From NCBI GenBank assembly GCA_963699755.1, contig CAVOVB010000003.1:448001-512000 (forward strand): a stretch of DNA of 64,000 nt. The letters run 5' to 3'. Position numbers and translations under genes: made by a program. The notes beneath the pieces were generated by a model. It was not told where the DNA came from, made no database searches, and saw nothing but the letters and a program-made list of their open reading frames with translations. This stretch comes from an uncultured delta proteobacterium (GTDB lineage Bacteria; Myxococcota_A; Polyangia; Polyangiales; Houyiibacteriaceae). Numbering within the stretch: the stretch's first letter is position 1; every line of letters starts with the position of its first letter. This document shows, one piece after another, positions 10,197 to 19,835 of this stretch.

Positions 10197-11687
10197 ATGA
10201 GCATTCATCGATTTATGGTTCTGATCGCCGCGGCCGGCGTCACGGCGTTGTTGGGCACGGCCCGTCTTCAGGCTCAGGCGCCACCTGGCTTCGGGGTCCC
10301 CACGCAGATGCAAGCCGCAGGCGAGGGCGACGACGCTGCGGCCAGAGCGCTTCGGTCGCTCTACGTACCGAACGGGCTGACGTCTGATCAGGCGGTGCAG
10401 CGTGTCCTGGCGATATCGCCCGCGATCCAACGCACCTCGGCGCTGGTGCTGGTCGCGAAAGGTGCGGCGGTGCAAGCGATGTCTGGATTGGTGCCTCGAC
10501 TCGACCTCCAAGGGCGGCACTCCCAGCTGAGCCCGGTGCAGGAGGCAGGCCTCACCACCGGCAGCAGTGCGCCCATCGATGACTTGATCGGCCAGCTTCA
10601 GGATCCGGCCGCGGAGCAGCTCTGGACAGGCCTCACGTCCTACAGATTCCCATCGCTCACCCGGCAAACCGCGTTTGATGCCACGCTCAGCTATTCGTTC
10701 ACCGGCTCGCTCGCCCAGTCCCTGCCCGCCTATCGGGCTGCCAAGGAAAGCAAGGTGGCGGCGCGGTATCAGATCGAAGCCGAAAACAACAACGTCGCGT
10801 TCGACGGCCGTCAGGCCTATTACGAGTATGCGCGGGCCGAAGCGGGGCTTGCAGTCGCCAAGTTCGCACTCGACGCGGCCGTCTCACAGCGCGTGGAGAC
10901 GGAGGCCTTGGTTGCGGCCGGCTCGGCGGCGCGCGTGGACCTCATGCGCGTTCAGGCCCAAGAGGAAGCCGCGCGGGTGGCGGTCGAGCAGGCCAGTCTC
11001 GGTTTGCAGGTGGCCGCGCGTGCGCTCCAAGCGCTGATGCTCACCGACCAGCTACCCTCTCTTGGCGAGGACCTATCCGAGCCCGTGACCGGTATTCCCA
11101 AGGGTACCGAAAAGCAGCTCCAAGCCCGAGCCTACGAGAACCGGCCGGACCTCTTGGCGCTCCGCAAGTACGTCGACGTGAAGCAGCACGAGCTCAGGTC
11201 GGCCAATGGTGGCCGGGCTCCGGACCTCCTCGTGCGCGCGTCAGCGGAGTACGCCAACCCGAACCTCCGCGTGGTGCCGCAGCAGCAGCGCTTCATCGGA
11301 ACCTGGGAGGTGGGCGCTGTCATTCGATGGGCCCCCAACGACACGGTCAACGCGCAGGGGCGCTCGCGACAGCTCCAAGGGGAGCTCGAGCAAGCCTATG
11401 CGGACGTCACGATTCTAGAGCAGCAGGTTCGGGTCGACGTCGCCAGGGGCTATCACGGCATCGAGGCAGCGCAGAAGGCCTTCGAATCGGCGAGGCTCGG
11501 TCTCAACGCTTCGCGCGAAGGCTACCGCGTGACGCGCGAGCAACTCCAGGCCGGCATCGTGAACACGACGACTCTGCTGCAGGCACAGTCTGAGCTGATT
11601 CGTGCGCAGGTCGATGTGGTCGATTCGGCGATTGGGCTGCGCGTCGCCAAGGCGCAGCTCCGGCGTGCGATCGGGGAGATGCCCTGA
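10197..11687 (+). CDS. TolC-family outer membrane protein
   Basis: Signal peptide and two OEP-like helical repeats. Confidence 0.88.
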   Translation: MSIHRFMVLIAAAGVTALLGTARLQAQAPPGFGVPTQMQAAGEGDDAAARALRSLYVPNGLTSDQAVQRVLAISPAIQRTSALVLVAKGAAVQAMSGLVPRLDLQGRHSQLSPVQEAGLTTGSSAPIDDLIGQLQDPAAEQLWTGLTSYRFPSLTRQTAFDATLSYSFTGSLAQSLPAYRAAKESKVAARYQIEAENNNVAFDGRQAYYEYARAEAGLAVAKFALDAAVSQRVETEALVAAGSAARVDLMRVQAQEEAARVAVEQASLGLQVAARALQALMLTDQLPSLGEDLSEPVTGIPKGTEKQLQARAYENRPDLLALRKYVDVKQHELRSANGGRAPDLLVRASAEYANPNLRVVPQQQRFIGTWEVGAVIRWAPNDTVNAQGRSRQLQGELEQAYADVTILEQQVRVDVARGYHGIEAAQKAFESARLGLNASREGYRVTREQLQAGIVNTTTLLQAQSELIRAQVDVVDSAIGLRVAKAQLRRAIGEMP

Positions 11688-11688
11688 G

Positions 11689-12084
11689 GTGCCCGTCGTC
11701 GTTGCTGCGGCCGTGGTCATCCGGGACGGCCGCGTGCTTCTCACGCGCCGCGCCGCAGGGCAGCACCTCGCCGGGATGTGGGAGTTCCCGGGCGGGAAGC
11801 TCGAAGACGGAGAGTCACCTGAAGAAGCGCTGGTGCGCGAGTGCCGCGAGGAATGCGGGATCGACGTCGAGGTAGCCGGGATCCTCGACGTGACCCACCA
11901 TCGATATCCCAAAAAAAACGTGCTCCTGCTCTTCTATCGCTGTGGGCTACGCGCGGGCGAAGTGCGTCATCTGCAGGTTGCCGACCACGCATGGGTCGCG
12001 CCGTCCGAGCTCGACCGCTATCCACTGCCCCCGGCGGATGAGCGAGTGGTCGCGCGGATCCAGGCCCTCGATCTTCGAAGCTGA
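11689..12084 (+). CDS. Nudix hydrolase (MutT/NudG-like)
   Basis: WEFPGGKLEDGESPEEALVRECREE Nudix box; GTG start directly after the TolC stop. Confidence 0.92.
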   Translation: MPVVVAAAVVIRDGRVLLTRRAAGQHLAGMWEFPGGKLEDGESPEEALVRECREECGIDVEVAGILDVTHHRYPKKNVLLLFYRCGLRAGEVRHLQVADHAWVAPSELDRYPLPPADERVVARIQALDLRS

Positions 12085-12085
12085 G

Positions 12086-12607
12086 CTAGAGCCCCCTCGC
12101 CCCCCGGACAACGATGCGCTGCACGAGGGTCCTATCGTCGGGTGGCATGGAGACAGGTTCCGCCAAGATGTGAAGCCGTGCACCCGTAGAGCTAGACGAG
12201 TGCTCAAAAATTACTCCCGTGTCGGTCACGATCGGCGTTCCGAAGACATCGGACAGTTGCCGCATGCTCGGCTTGGCCTCGACGAGTTGGAAGGTGACCT
12301 GGGTCACGCGATCGCGAGGGGTGACGAAGATCACACGATAGCCGTCGTAGTAGATCAAGGCCTGGCTTTTGGTGCGCACTTTGATCGCGCCTTCCATGGC
12401 CGCCGCGACCTGGTCGACCGTAGGCTCGGGTTGCGACATGGCGCGGACCGCAGCGCCCACCTTGGCGAGCGCAGCGTCGTTCCCGTCCTCGCTCGTGCCT
12501 GATGAACGCTGATCGCCGAGATCTTCCAGAGAGTCGCCGCGTGTGCACGCCTCCGAGGTGCAAACGATCGAGAGCACGAGTACGATGAGGCGAGGGTGCT
12601 TGAACAC
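12086..12607 (-). CDS. Putative lipoprotein
   Basis: Hydrophobic N-terminus ending in a Cys (EAC); fills the gap between genes. Confidence 0.6.
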   Translation of the reverse strand: MFKHPRLIVLVLSIVCTSEACTRGDSLEDLGDQRSSGTSEDGNDAALAKVGAAVRAMSQPEPTVDQVAAAMEGAIKVRTKSQALIYYDGYRVIFVTPRDRVTQVTFQLVEAKPSMRQLSDVFGTPIVTDTGVIFEHSSSSTGARLHILAEPVSMPPDDRTLVQRIVVRGARGL

Positions 12608-12674
12608 ATCAGCTCCTGACTGTCGCTTGTACCGCGAAACGGCTCGGAGCCAAAAAGATCGCCGGTTCGTTGCC

Positions 12675-13238
12675 TCAGTGCTTGGTGAGGGCGTCCGTCA
12701 CCGAGCCGCTCGAGCCGGTGTGGATGCGGACCGCAAACGGCTCACGGGCGGTGCCCACTCGCTCGAGTGATGGCGGCGCGCCGAAGAACGCTGTCGAGGC
12801 TTGCTCTAGCGCGGGTTTGTAGGCGTCGTAGGTCGCGTCTTCGTTCGGTGCGTTCAGACGGTCCTGTACCCGGAAGAGCAGCTCGTCCGTTGCAAACTCG
12901 AAACCGAGACTGCTCTCGGCTTCGAGGAGCTGGCACGTTCTGAGGGCGCGCGCGAAAGCGTCGTCGATCCCGGCTTGGAAGTCACCGTCGAAACCGCGCT
13001 TGCGGCTGTAGAGGAGGCCAGGGCGGTTGTCCGCAACGTCGAGATAGTAGTCGGACTCATGACCGATCAGCACCACGCCCGGGCCCTGCGGAACGTGCGC
13101 GTAGTCCGCCACGTCGATCAAGAGCTCGTCGGAGATCTTCTTGTCGCGAATCCATTCGTGGAAAACCGGCACGACCTTCTCCAGCTCGATGTTCCCGGCC
13201 TTGGTGTAGACCTTCACTTGAAACTTCGTTGCTCGCAT
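12675..13238 (-). CDS. Hypothetical protein downstream of the sulfite reductase
   Basis: ATG at 13238 with GAGG RBS; globular sequence including FHEWI..LLIDVADYAHVPQGPGVVLIGHE. Confidence 0.8.
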   Translation of the reverse strand: MRATKFQVKVYTKAGNIELEKVVPVFHEWIRDKKISDELLIDVADYAHVPQGPGVVLIGHESDYYLDVADNRPGLLYSRKRGFDGDFQAGIDDAFARALRTCQLLEAESSLGFEFATDELLFRVQDRLNAPNEDATYDAYKPALEQASTAFFGAPPSLERVGTAREPFAVRIHTGSSGSVTDALTKH

Positions 13239-13243
13239 GGTCC

Positions 13244-15496
13244 TCACTCCGCGGCCGCCGCAGCGGCGGCTGCTGCCTGGCTGAGGCGCTGATAGCAGCC
13301 GTGCGCAGCTTCGAGAAACAACTGCGCTTCGTCGAGCGTTCGGTGTGCGATTTCGTCGTCGGCGTTCCTGAAAGACTGGTCGCCGTGCATCTTCAGAAGG
13401 TACGCGGCGAATTTCCCCTTCGCGAAGGGGTCGTGGAAGAGCGCAGTGTCGTGCAGATGAGACTTGAAGTTCTCCACCACATCGTCCGGATCGTCTTTGA
13501 CTTGAACATCGAGATGGCGAACCAGGGCCTTTGCCGCCGTGACCATGGCCGTGAAGCCGCCGAGTGCTGCAGCCTCGGCCTGCCCGGCTTCGAGGGCGTC
13601 CTGCGCATCGTGGAGCTGCTGCTCCGCTTCTTGAAGGCCGAACTCGACGAAGGGCACGATCTCTCCGGCGCACTCACCGACACCGATGTCGCCGATCGTG
13701 TACTCCCGGGGATTGCCCCAGTCGCTGTAGTAGCTCGGGTCTGCCTCGTACGCGGGCGGCTTCTGAATCGGCGCAAGCAGCTTGCGGAACTCCTTCTTGC
13801 CGACCCGGGCGATGAACGCCTGAAAGCTCTCTTCGCCCTGCCGGTTCGCGAGGTAGTGCTCGGTGATGAGCTCGACCGCTTTCGGGATGTTCTTCGACGG
13901 AACGGCGCCTACGACCAAGCCGTAGCTTTTGGCGTTCTCCGTCCACTGTCCGCCGAGGACGATGTTGAAGTGCGGAACTTTGCGGCCGCCTACCTGCCGG
14001 CTCACGCCGGTGAACCCGATGTCGGCGGCGTGGTGTTGGCCACAGGAGTTGAAGCAGCCACTCGCCTTCATACGAAGCGCTCTGACGGCCGGGTGGAGCT
14101 CGCCTTCGATGACGGTGAGCCGCTTGCGAAGCTCGCCCGTGAGGCCGCGTGACGCGGAGATGCCGAGCTTGCAGGTGTCGGTACCGGGGCAGGACGTCAT
14201 GTCAGTGATCGTGCCTGCGCCAGCAGCCGCCATTTGGAGCGCGACGAGCCCCTCGTAGAAGGCCACCGCATCTGTGCCGCTGAGCCAGCGGAAGGTCAGG
14301 TTCTGCTCGACCGTGCAGCGAATCGAATCCCCGGTGTGCTTTCGCGCGAGATCGGCGAGCGCGCGGCCCTGCGTGGCGGTGAAGTCGCCGAGGGGCAGCT
14401 TCACGATCGCCGAGTAGAAGCCCTCCTGCGCCTGCGGCTTGAGGTTGTGTTCGGCCCAGGCCCGGAACCCAACCGGAGCGTCGCTAGGAATCGGGCCTGG
14501 GTCGCGCACGGGCGTTTCGTCGGTCGCGTGAAGGTCGTCGAGGAACGCCGTCCAGCGTTCGTCCGGGCGGAGCCCTTCGCGCTCCTCGGCCACGAGCTTT
14601 TTGAACTCGTCGATCCCGAGTTTCTGAACCAGGAACTTAATGCGGGCGCGCGCTCGGCTTTGCTTCTCGCCCAGGCGGGCAAAGACGCGGGCGACTGCTT
14701 GGGCAAGCGGAAGAAGCTCCTCTTCGGGGCAGAACTCGGCGAGCACCTTGGCCTGGACCGGCACGGCGCCGAGTCCTCCACCGACGACGACGCGAAAACC
14801 ACGCTTGCCATCGCGGACATGGGCGACGGCACCGAGGTCGTGGAAGGTGACCAGCCCACAGGGATTGTCTTCGCAGCCAGAAAACGCGATTTTGAACTTG
14901 CGTCCGAAGTCCTGGACGTCGGGGTGCCCCAATAGGAACTGCGTGATCGCATTGGCGTAGGGCGTGACGTCGAACGCCTGCGTCGTGCAGATGCCGGCGT
15001 ACTCACAGGCCGTCACGTTACGCACGCTGTTGCCGCAGGCCTCACGGGTGGTGATCCCGACGCTGGCGAGCCGGCGCATCATGTCGGGCGCCTCTTCGAT
15101 GTGAATGAAGTGGAGCTGGATGTCCTGTCGCGTCGTGACGTGCAGGATCGAGTCGGAGTTCTCTTCGGCGAGCTCGCTCATCACCTCGAGCTGTTCGGCG
15201 GTGAGCTTCCCGAACGGGATCTTGATCCGCATCATCCCGGGCGCATCCCAAACCGTGTCCGGCCCTTTGGTCAGGTCACCGCAAGGAAACGCGAGCTTCT
15301 TTTGGCCCGTGCCGTCGTCGCGAAGGCCGTTGTCGTAGCGCTGCCCGTACACGCCTCGGCGAAGCCGGGTCTCCGCGAAGATCTTGTCGTCGAGCTTGCC
15401 CTGCTTCTTGAGCTCGATCTGACCTTCGAAAAGATCTACCTCGCCTGCGAGTTGCTCTGGAATCCGATCACCAAGCTGTTCTTTCCACGAAGTCAT
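13244..15496 (-). CDS. Siroheme nitrite/sulfite reductase with C-terminal extension
   Basis: GVYGQR, TTRQDIQLH, ACGNSVRNV, RKFKIAFSGC, and the siroheme/4Fe-4S Cys motifs CPGTDTCKLG and SGCFNSCGQH. Confidence 0.93.
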   Translation of the reverse strand: MTSWKEQLGDRIPEQLAGEVDLFEGQIELKKQGKLDDKIFAETRLRRGVYGQRYDNGLRDDGTGQKKLAFPCGDLTKGPDTVWDAPGMMRIKIPFGKLTAEQLEVMSELAEENSDSILHVTTRQDIQLHFIHIEEAPDMMRRLASVGITTREACGNSVRNVTACEYAGICTTQAFDVTPYANAITQFLLGHPDVQDFGRKFKIAFSGCEDNPCGLVTFHDLGAVAHVRDGKRGFRVVVGGGLGAVPVQAKVLAEFCPEEELLPLAQAVARVFARLGEKQSRARARIKFLVQKLGIDEFKKLVAEEREGLRPDERWTAFLDDLHATDETPVRDPGPIPSDAPVGFRAWAEHNLKPQAQEGFYSAIVKLPLGDFTATQGRALADLARKHTGDSIRCTVEQNLTFRWLSGTDAVAFYEGLVALQMAAAGAGTITDMTSCPGTDTCKLGISASRGLTGELRKRLTVIEGELHPAVRALRMKASGCFNSCGQHHAADIGFTGVSRQVGGRKVPHFNIVLGGQWTENAKSYGLVVGAVPSKNIPKAVELITEHYLANRQGEESFQAFIARVGKKEFRKLLAPIQKPPAYEADPSYYSDWGNPREYTIGDIGVGECAGEIVPFVEFGLQEAEQQLHDAQDALEAGQAEAAALGGFTAMVTAAKALVRHLDVQVKDDPDDVVENFKSHLHDTALFHDPFAKGKFAAYLLKMHGDQSFRNADDEIAHRTLDEAQLFLEAAHGCYQRLSQAAAAAAAAAE

Positions 15497-15675
15497 GATG
15501 CTCCTGTACCCCGAGCGTCCGAAACGCCGCCGAAGGGGGAACCTCACTATTCCTTAGTTTTCCCCTAGGTCAAGTCAAGAATGGTGATTTCGCAGTAGCC
15601 GGTCCCCTTTTGTGGGTCAAAACGACAAGAAATACACGAGTGATCTAGTAAAGAATTGCCGGCCTCGTCCGTTGC

Positions 15676-15703
15676 TTGCTGAGGTAAGCCTTGCCGCTAT
15701 AGT
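15676..15703 (+). promoter_or_regulatory. Putative sigma70 promoter of the tRNA-Gln/tRNA-Glu operon
   Basis: TTGCTG-N16-TATAGT followed by a GC-rich discriminator, ~40 bp upstream of tRNA-Gln. Confidence 0.55.
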
Positions 15704-15741
15704 GCCGCCGCTGGACACCCCAACTAAGGTGTCGAGACCAT

Positions 15742-15812
15742 TCGGGGATCGTCTAACGGCAGGACTCCAGTTTCTGGCACTGGCTATCTAGGTTCGAATC
15801 CTAGTCCCCGAG
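15742..15812 (+). tRNA. tRNA-Gln(CTG)
   Basis: Acceptor stem TCGGGGA/TCCCCGA, anticodon arm CCAGT-TTCTGGC-ACTGG, T-arm GGTTCGAATCC; no encoded CCA. Confidence 0.95.
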
Positions 15813-15846
15813 CTAGTCCCGTGTTAAAGCGCGAGACCCGAGAATC

Positions 15847-15922
15847 GGCCCCATCGTCTAGTGGTCTAGGACATCGGCCTCTCACGCCGGTAACGCGAGT
15901 TCGAACCTCGCTGGGGTCACCA
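15847..15922 (+). tRNA. tRNA-Glu(CTC)
   Basis: Acceptor stem GGCCCCA/TGGGGTC, anticodon loop CTCTCAC, GTTCGAAC T-loop, encoded CCA. Confidence 0.96.
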
Positions 15923-15963
15923 CAGTTTGAACTTAGATTACCAGTACTTGCAGACACGTCGCC

Positions 15964-16752
15964 TTACTCCGTTGACCTGACGTTGACATGAGGCGGCGAC
16001 GTGGGCTGTAACGACTCGACCAAACGAAGGCGCGCGCCGTCCCCGAGATGGGCGTAGCGGTGCGTGCTCGCCTGCGATCGATGGCCGAGTTGCGCTTGGA
16101 TGATCTTGAGTGAGTGGCCGCGCGTTGCAGCCTGTGACCCGACCGAGTGACGACCAATCTGATGATGACCGATCACTCGAAGGCCGAGCGCCTCTTGCGC
16201 CTTGCGAAGCGGTTTCGCGTGGCTGTTGAGTTGCTTGGCCCACTTGCCCGTCTTTGAAAACAGGAACTCGGGTCCGGAGTATCCCTCGCGTATGTGCCAT
16301 CGAATCGCGTCGGCGGCGTCCTGAGGCAAGGGGAGGGTGAGCACGCGGTTGTTCTTGCGGGGGATCAGCTTGGCCTCGCGTTGGCTGTTGCCTTCTTGCA
16401 CCGCGCGGTCGACGATCAGGTGCGGCGGGATGTCGCGAATCCGATCCTTCGAGATTGCGTACACCTCTCCACGACGCAGGCCGAGCCTCATCGTGAGGTA
16501 GAAGAAAGTGTACCACTGCGGATATCGCTCGATTATCCCATCGAGCAATCGATCCCGTTCGGCCTCCGTGTACCAATCGGGTCGGTACTCCGGAACGGGC
16601 TGTGTAGGCACATAAGGAACGTGCATGAGTTGGCCGCGCTTCCACATGAAGCGGAGCACCGCACGCACGAGAGTCAGATTCTCGTTGATCGTCTTCGGGC
16701 TGAGGTGTTGGGGCATGGAAGCCACCAGCCCATCGAGCGCGACCGTGGTCAC
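15964..16752 (-). pseudogene. Tyrosine recombinase/integrase, N-terminally truncated
   Basis: Catalytic motifs GLRRGE (R), PRKNN (K), HQIGRHS (HxxxR variant), LGH, HRY (Y). An in-frame TAG lies immediately upstream of 16752 and there is no complete N-terminal domain. Converges on tRNA-Glu. Confidence 0.85.
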
Positions 16753-16928
16753 CTAGCACGGTCTGGAGATCGCTCATGAGCATGAGCGCTGAAAGGGCTC
16801 TACAGGCGAGCACGATCGACGCCTCCTGCTCTCGGCGGGGCTCGAGTGTGTTCCGTGCGCATGCGGCCAGCAGCGTGTGATACGGGGTGCAAGTGGTAGG
16901 CTCTGCCCGGATCGGGTAAACATACCGA

Positions 16929-17450
16929 ATGAAATGTCTTTGTTATCTTACGCGGAGACGTTTGCGCATCTCACTGGCCTTCACATGTTTGCTTCTGCTT
17001 TGCGGTTGCGGCGACACCGGCGCCGAGCCCGAAGCGCCCAAGCAGGTCCGGCTTTGTGGCGATCTCGTTGGCGTAGAACCGGTTGAGCCCACCGTGATTG
17101 GCGAGGATGAATACGGTTGCCCGGTCTTTCAGCCCGTGCCCTGCACGCGGCCACGCCACGAGCAAGAGTGGGCTTGCGGTCCCGATTGCCGAACAGCGAC
17201 GGCCTTCGATTCGGAGGGCGATGAATGGGTCATGGGGTGCGCAGGGGGGAGTCGTCCCCTGCCCGTTGGATGCATCGACTTGGAGCCCGACCCTCCACCT
17301 CGATCGCTTTGCGTGGTGGACCCCTTCGAGAGCGACCAGTGGTGGTTCGAAACCAATTGCGCCGTTGCCAACGTCTTCTTCGTTTCCCAGTCCTGTTGGG
17401 CTCCGTGCGACGCCTACACCGAGGAAGCATTGGCCCCGTCCTGCCCGTAG
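16929..17450 (+). CDS. Cys-rich putative lipoprotein (unit 0 cargo)
   Basis: Basic + hydrophobic N-terminus with lipobox-like LCGC; many Cys in the mature region. Confidence 0.7.
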   Translation: MKCLCYLTRRRLRISLAFTCLLLLCGCGDTGAEPEAPKQVRLCGDLVGVEPVEPTVIGEDEYGCPVFQPVPCTRPRHEQEWACGPDCRTATAFDSEGDEWVMGCAGGSRPLPVGCIDLEPDPPPRSLCVVDPFESDQWWFETNCAVANVFFVSQSCWAPCDAYTEEALAPSCP

Positions 17451-17473
17451 AGTTTTCGCGCGATTCCAGTCCC

Positions 17474-17583
17474 TCAACGCCCCGCCTCGAGCGCCTCCCA
17501 ATCTCTAAGAAACCCCACAATCGAGTTCCAACTTGGCGCACTTGGGGTCACCGCCACCACAAAGCCCGGCTTCGGCCGGGCTT
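17474..17583. repeat. Junction R1 (peptide arm + tRNA-Glu core 17543-17552 + hairpin)
   Basis: Minus strand 17551-17474 encodes VTPSAPSWNSIVGFLRDWEALEAGR*; hairpin AAGCCCGGC-TTCG-GCCGGGCTT. Confidence 0.9.
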
Positions 17584-17672
17584 CTTCGGCCCGCGAATTG
17601 CGCAGAGGCTATTACGGGCGTGGGGACTGATGCCGGTAGCTTCTACCCGCCGCACGGCATATCTTCTTAGGG

Positions 17673-18083
17673 ATGGTCGTTGGTTTCCTTCGAGTGACCA
17701 CTCTCGCCTTAGTGCTGATGCTCTTTGCGTGTTCCGATGCGGACAGCGGCCCAAACGTCATGATGAGGATTGAGACGATCACGGGGGATTCGCTGGTCGC
17801 GGAGTATCGAGTCGCCTGTCAAGGAAGCGGCTCCGAATTCCTGGAGGATGGAACATTCGAGCCCTCGGGTATGGGCTCGTCGGCGGATATCATCGGATTT
17901 GGTCAGGTCGTTGACACCATCCTTTGGACCGCCTCGATCACTGCGCCGCCTGGTGAGTGTGCCGTCAGCTATAGGTTGCGGGACTCCAAGGCAGAAGTGA
18001 TCTGCGTAGGTTTCCAGCAGTTCGTTGTCCCAGCGGATGCGCCCCAAGAGGTCTACTACCTCATGGTCTGCGAGCTGTTCTGA
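17673..18083 (+). CDS. Putative lipoprotein (unit 1 cargo)
   Basis: Lipobox LFAC after a hydrophobic stretch; sole gene between R1 and R2. Confidence 0.75.
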   Translation: MVVGFLRVTTLALVLMLFACSDADSGPNVMMRIETITGDSLVAEYRVACQGSGSEFLEDGTFEPSGMGSSADIIGFGQVVDTILWTASITAPPGECAVSYRLRDSKAEVICVGFQQFVVPADAPQEVYYLMVCELF

Positions 18084-18240
18084 AGCTGTGTGTACGAACT
18101 ACGCGAGCCGATGATGTGGCGAGCGCCATCCGGGCATTTGTCCGGGCACACGGCGGCTCCCCAATCGACGGAGTGGAGATCGATTGGTCGCGTTGAGGCG
18201 AGAGGTGGTCGGAGGCGACAACCCGAGACGGCTCAGGCGC

Positions 18241-18355
18241 TCACGCCGCTATCGTCCGCAGCCGCTCCCACTCTTCGATGAAGCCGGAAAATTCGTACCA
18301 ACTTGGCGTACTTGGGGTCACCGCCACCACAAAGCCCGGCTTCGGCCGGGCTTTT
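18241..18355. repeat. Junction R2 (core 18313-18322)
   Basis: Minus strand encodes VTPSTPSWYEFSGFIEEWERLRTIAA*; right arm identical to R1 for ~30 bp (GCCACCACAAAGCCCGGCTTCGGCCGGGCTT). Confidence 0.9.
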
Positions 18356-18382
18356 ATCATGACTCGCCTATTGGTCCTCGCG

Positions 18383-18682
18383 TCAGCGACCCAGCCAATA
18401 ACCAGGGCGCCGCTTCGCGTGCGCCACTGCAATGATTTCGACGGCTGCCGCGTCGATGTCGAAAAACACGACATATGGGAAGCGTTTCAGAAAGTACTTT
18501 CGATATGGACGATCAGCGCGCCAGACCGGACACGCTTCGGGGTTCTCGAGGATGGATTCGAAAGCTCTATCCACGACCGCGACGAACTCGATACCGAGAC
18601 CGCGACGCTTTTGCTCGTACCATATCGCTGCCGACTGAAGCTCGGCTTCAGCTTCCGGCGATACGCGAAGCGTTCGCTTCAT
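18383..18682 (-). CDS. RelE/ParE-family toxin
   Basis: EAEAELQSAAIWYE..GLGIEF, RFPYVVFF, IIAVAHAKRRPGYW signature. Confidence 0.9.
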   Translation of the reverse strand: MKRTLRVSPEAEAELQSAAIWYEQKRRGLGIEFVAVVDRAFESILENPEACPVWRADRPYRKYFLKRFPYVVFFDIDAAAVEIIAVAHAKRRPGYWLGR

Positions 18683-18912
18683 CGCGCAAGCTGGCCGAGA
18701 ACGCGCGCGCGGACTTCACTCCACTCGGGGGCAGGTTCGTCCCTGCCACGAGCGGCTTCCACGCGACGATCGAGCTCCGCCAGCCAGGCAGACTCCCAGT
18801 CGCCATCCGGCGGCCCGTCGACGCTCGCGATGAGCTCTGCGGCGAGCGCCAGCCGCTCGTCCTCGGGCAGGGCGCTGGCTGCTTCGAGAAGCTTTTTGGC
18901 CGCGTCGGTCAT
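18679..18912 (-). CDS. Addiction-module antitoxin (TIGR02574-like)
   Basis: ALPEDERLALAAELIASVD..AWLAELDRR..WSEVRAR; ATGA overlap with the toxin gene. Confidence 0.88.
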   Translation of the reverse strand: MTDAAKKLLEAASALPEDERLALAAELIASVDGPPDGDWESAWLAELDRRVEAARGRDEPAPEWSEVRARVLGQLAR

Positions 18913-19002
18913 CGACGAGATTGTAGCACGGGCGAGATCATGATGTGGTTTCGGCCGGAACCGCCGAAAGTTTCGTATTTTTGAGCCTCGCCGCCGACAA
19001 GA

Positions 19003-19114
19003 TCACGCCGCAAGCCTCCGGAGCCGCTCCCACTCTTCAACGAAAGCGAAGAATTCGTTCCAACTTCGCGTACTTGGGGTCACCGCCATCAGAAGGCCCG
19101 GCTTCGGCCGGGCT
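19003..19114. repeat. Junction R3 (core 19075-19084)
   Basis: Minus strand encodes VTPSTRSWNEFFAFVEEWERLRRLAA*; hairpin GCCCGGC-TTCG-GCCGGGC. Confidence 0.9.
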
Positions 19115-19200
19115 GCTTCTATCGCCGGGCGCAGCCGGGCAGAGCGATTTCATCTTCGAATACCGGGGTGTCGCAGTTGCGAACATGGATCATCTGGGGG

Positions 19201-19824
19201 TTATGGCGCGGACGCGGCGGGAGCACGCTTGCGCAAGCGCGGAAAGAAGGCGCCAGTGTTTCTGCGGTAGGCGCTGTAGGCGTCGCCGAAATGCTCGAGC
19301 ATCATCTTTTCCTCAGAGCGGCTGTAGATCACGATCGCCGGAATCACGTACGCGATCGTGATCACCGCGGCCGCCGAGCTCGCGAAGCCAATCGCCACGC
19401 TTACCCAGATCATGATGGCGAGTAAGTAGATCGGGTGCCGGACGTGGGCGTAGGGACCGTGGGTGATGATCTCCTGGTCGGAAAGGACGTAATGCCCCAC
19501 TGCCACAGTCGGGAACGCGCGAATCGACCACCACAGCAGGGCTAAAGCGCCGAGGGCGAACGCCGTGCCCGCAAAGACTCGAGCAAGCTCCAGAGTCGTC
19601 GGGTCCGCGGGATTCTCGTGTCCGATCCACAGATACAGTGTCACCGCGAACAGCAGCGCCGGCTCTGGATACGCAACGAAATCGGTCCAAGCCGCAGGCG
19701 TCGTGACGGCGCGCTTTCGATAGGAAAGCGTACGACGAAAGAAAACATAGTGGACAACCACCGCGCGCCCCAGGGCGATCAGGGCGATGATGCCGAGGCC
19801 GACGGGATAGAGATCGAGTTGCAT
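19201..19824 (-). CDS. Isoprenylcysteine carboxylmethyltransferase (ICMT/Ste14) family membrane protein
   Basis: Several TM helices, GPYAHVRHPIY, EEKMMLEHFGDAYSAY. Confidence 0.88.
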   Translation of the reverse strand: MQLDLYPVGLGIIALIALGRAVVVHYVFFRRTLSYRKRAVTTPAAWTDFVAYPEPALLFAVTLYLWIGHENPADPTTLELARVFAGTAFALGALALLWWSIRAFPTVAVGHYVLSDQEIITHGPYAHVRHPIYLLAIMIWVSVAIGFASSAAAVITIAYVIPAIVIYSRSEEKMMLEHFGDAYSAYRRNTGAFFPRLRKRAPAASAP

Positions 19825-19835
19825 GGCTACCTCCG

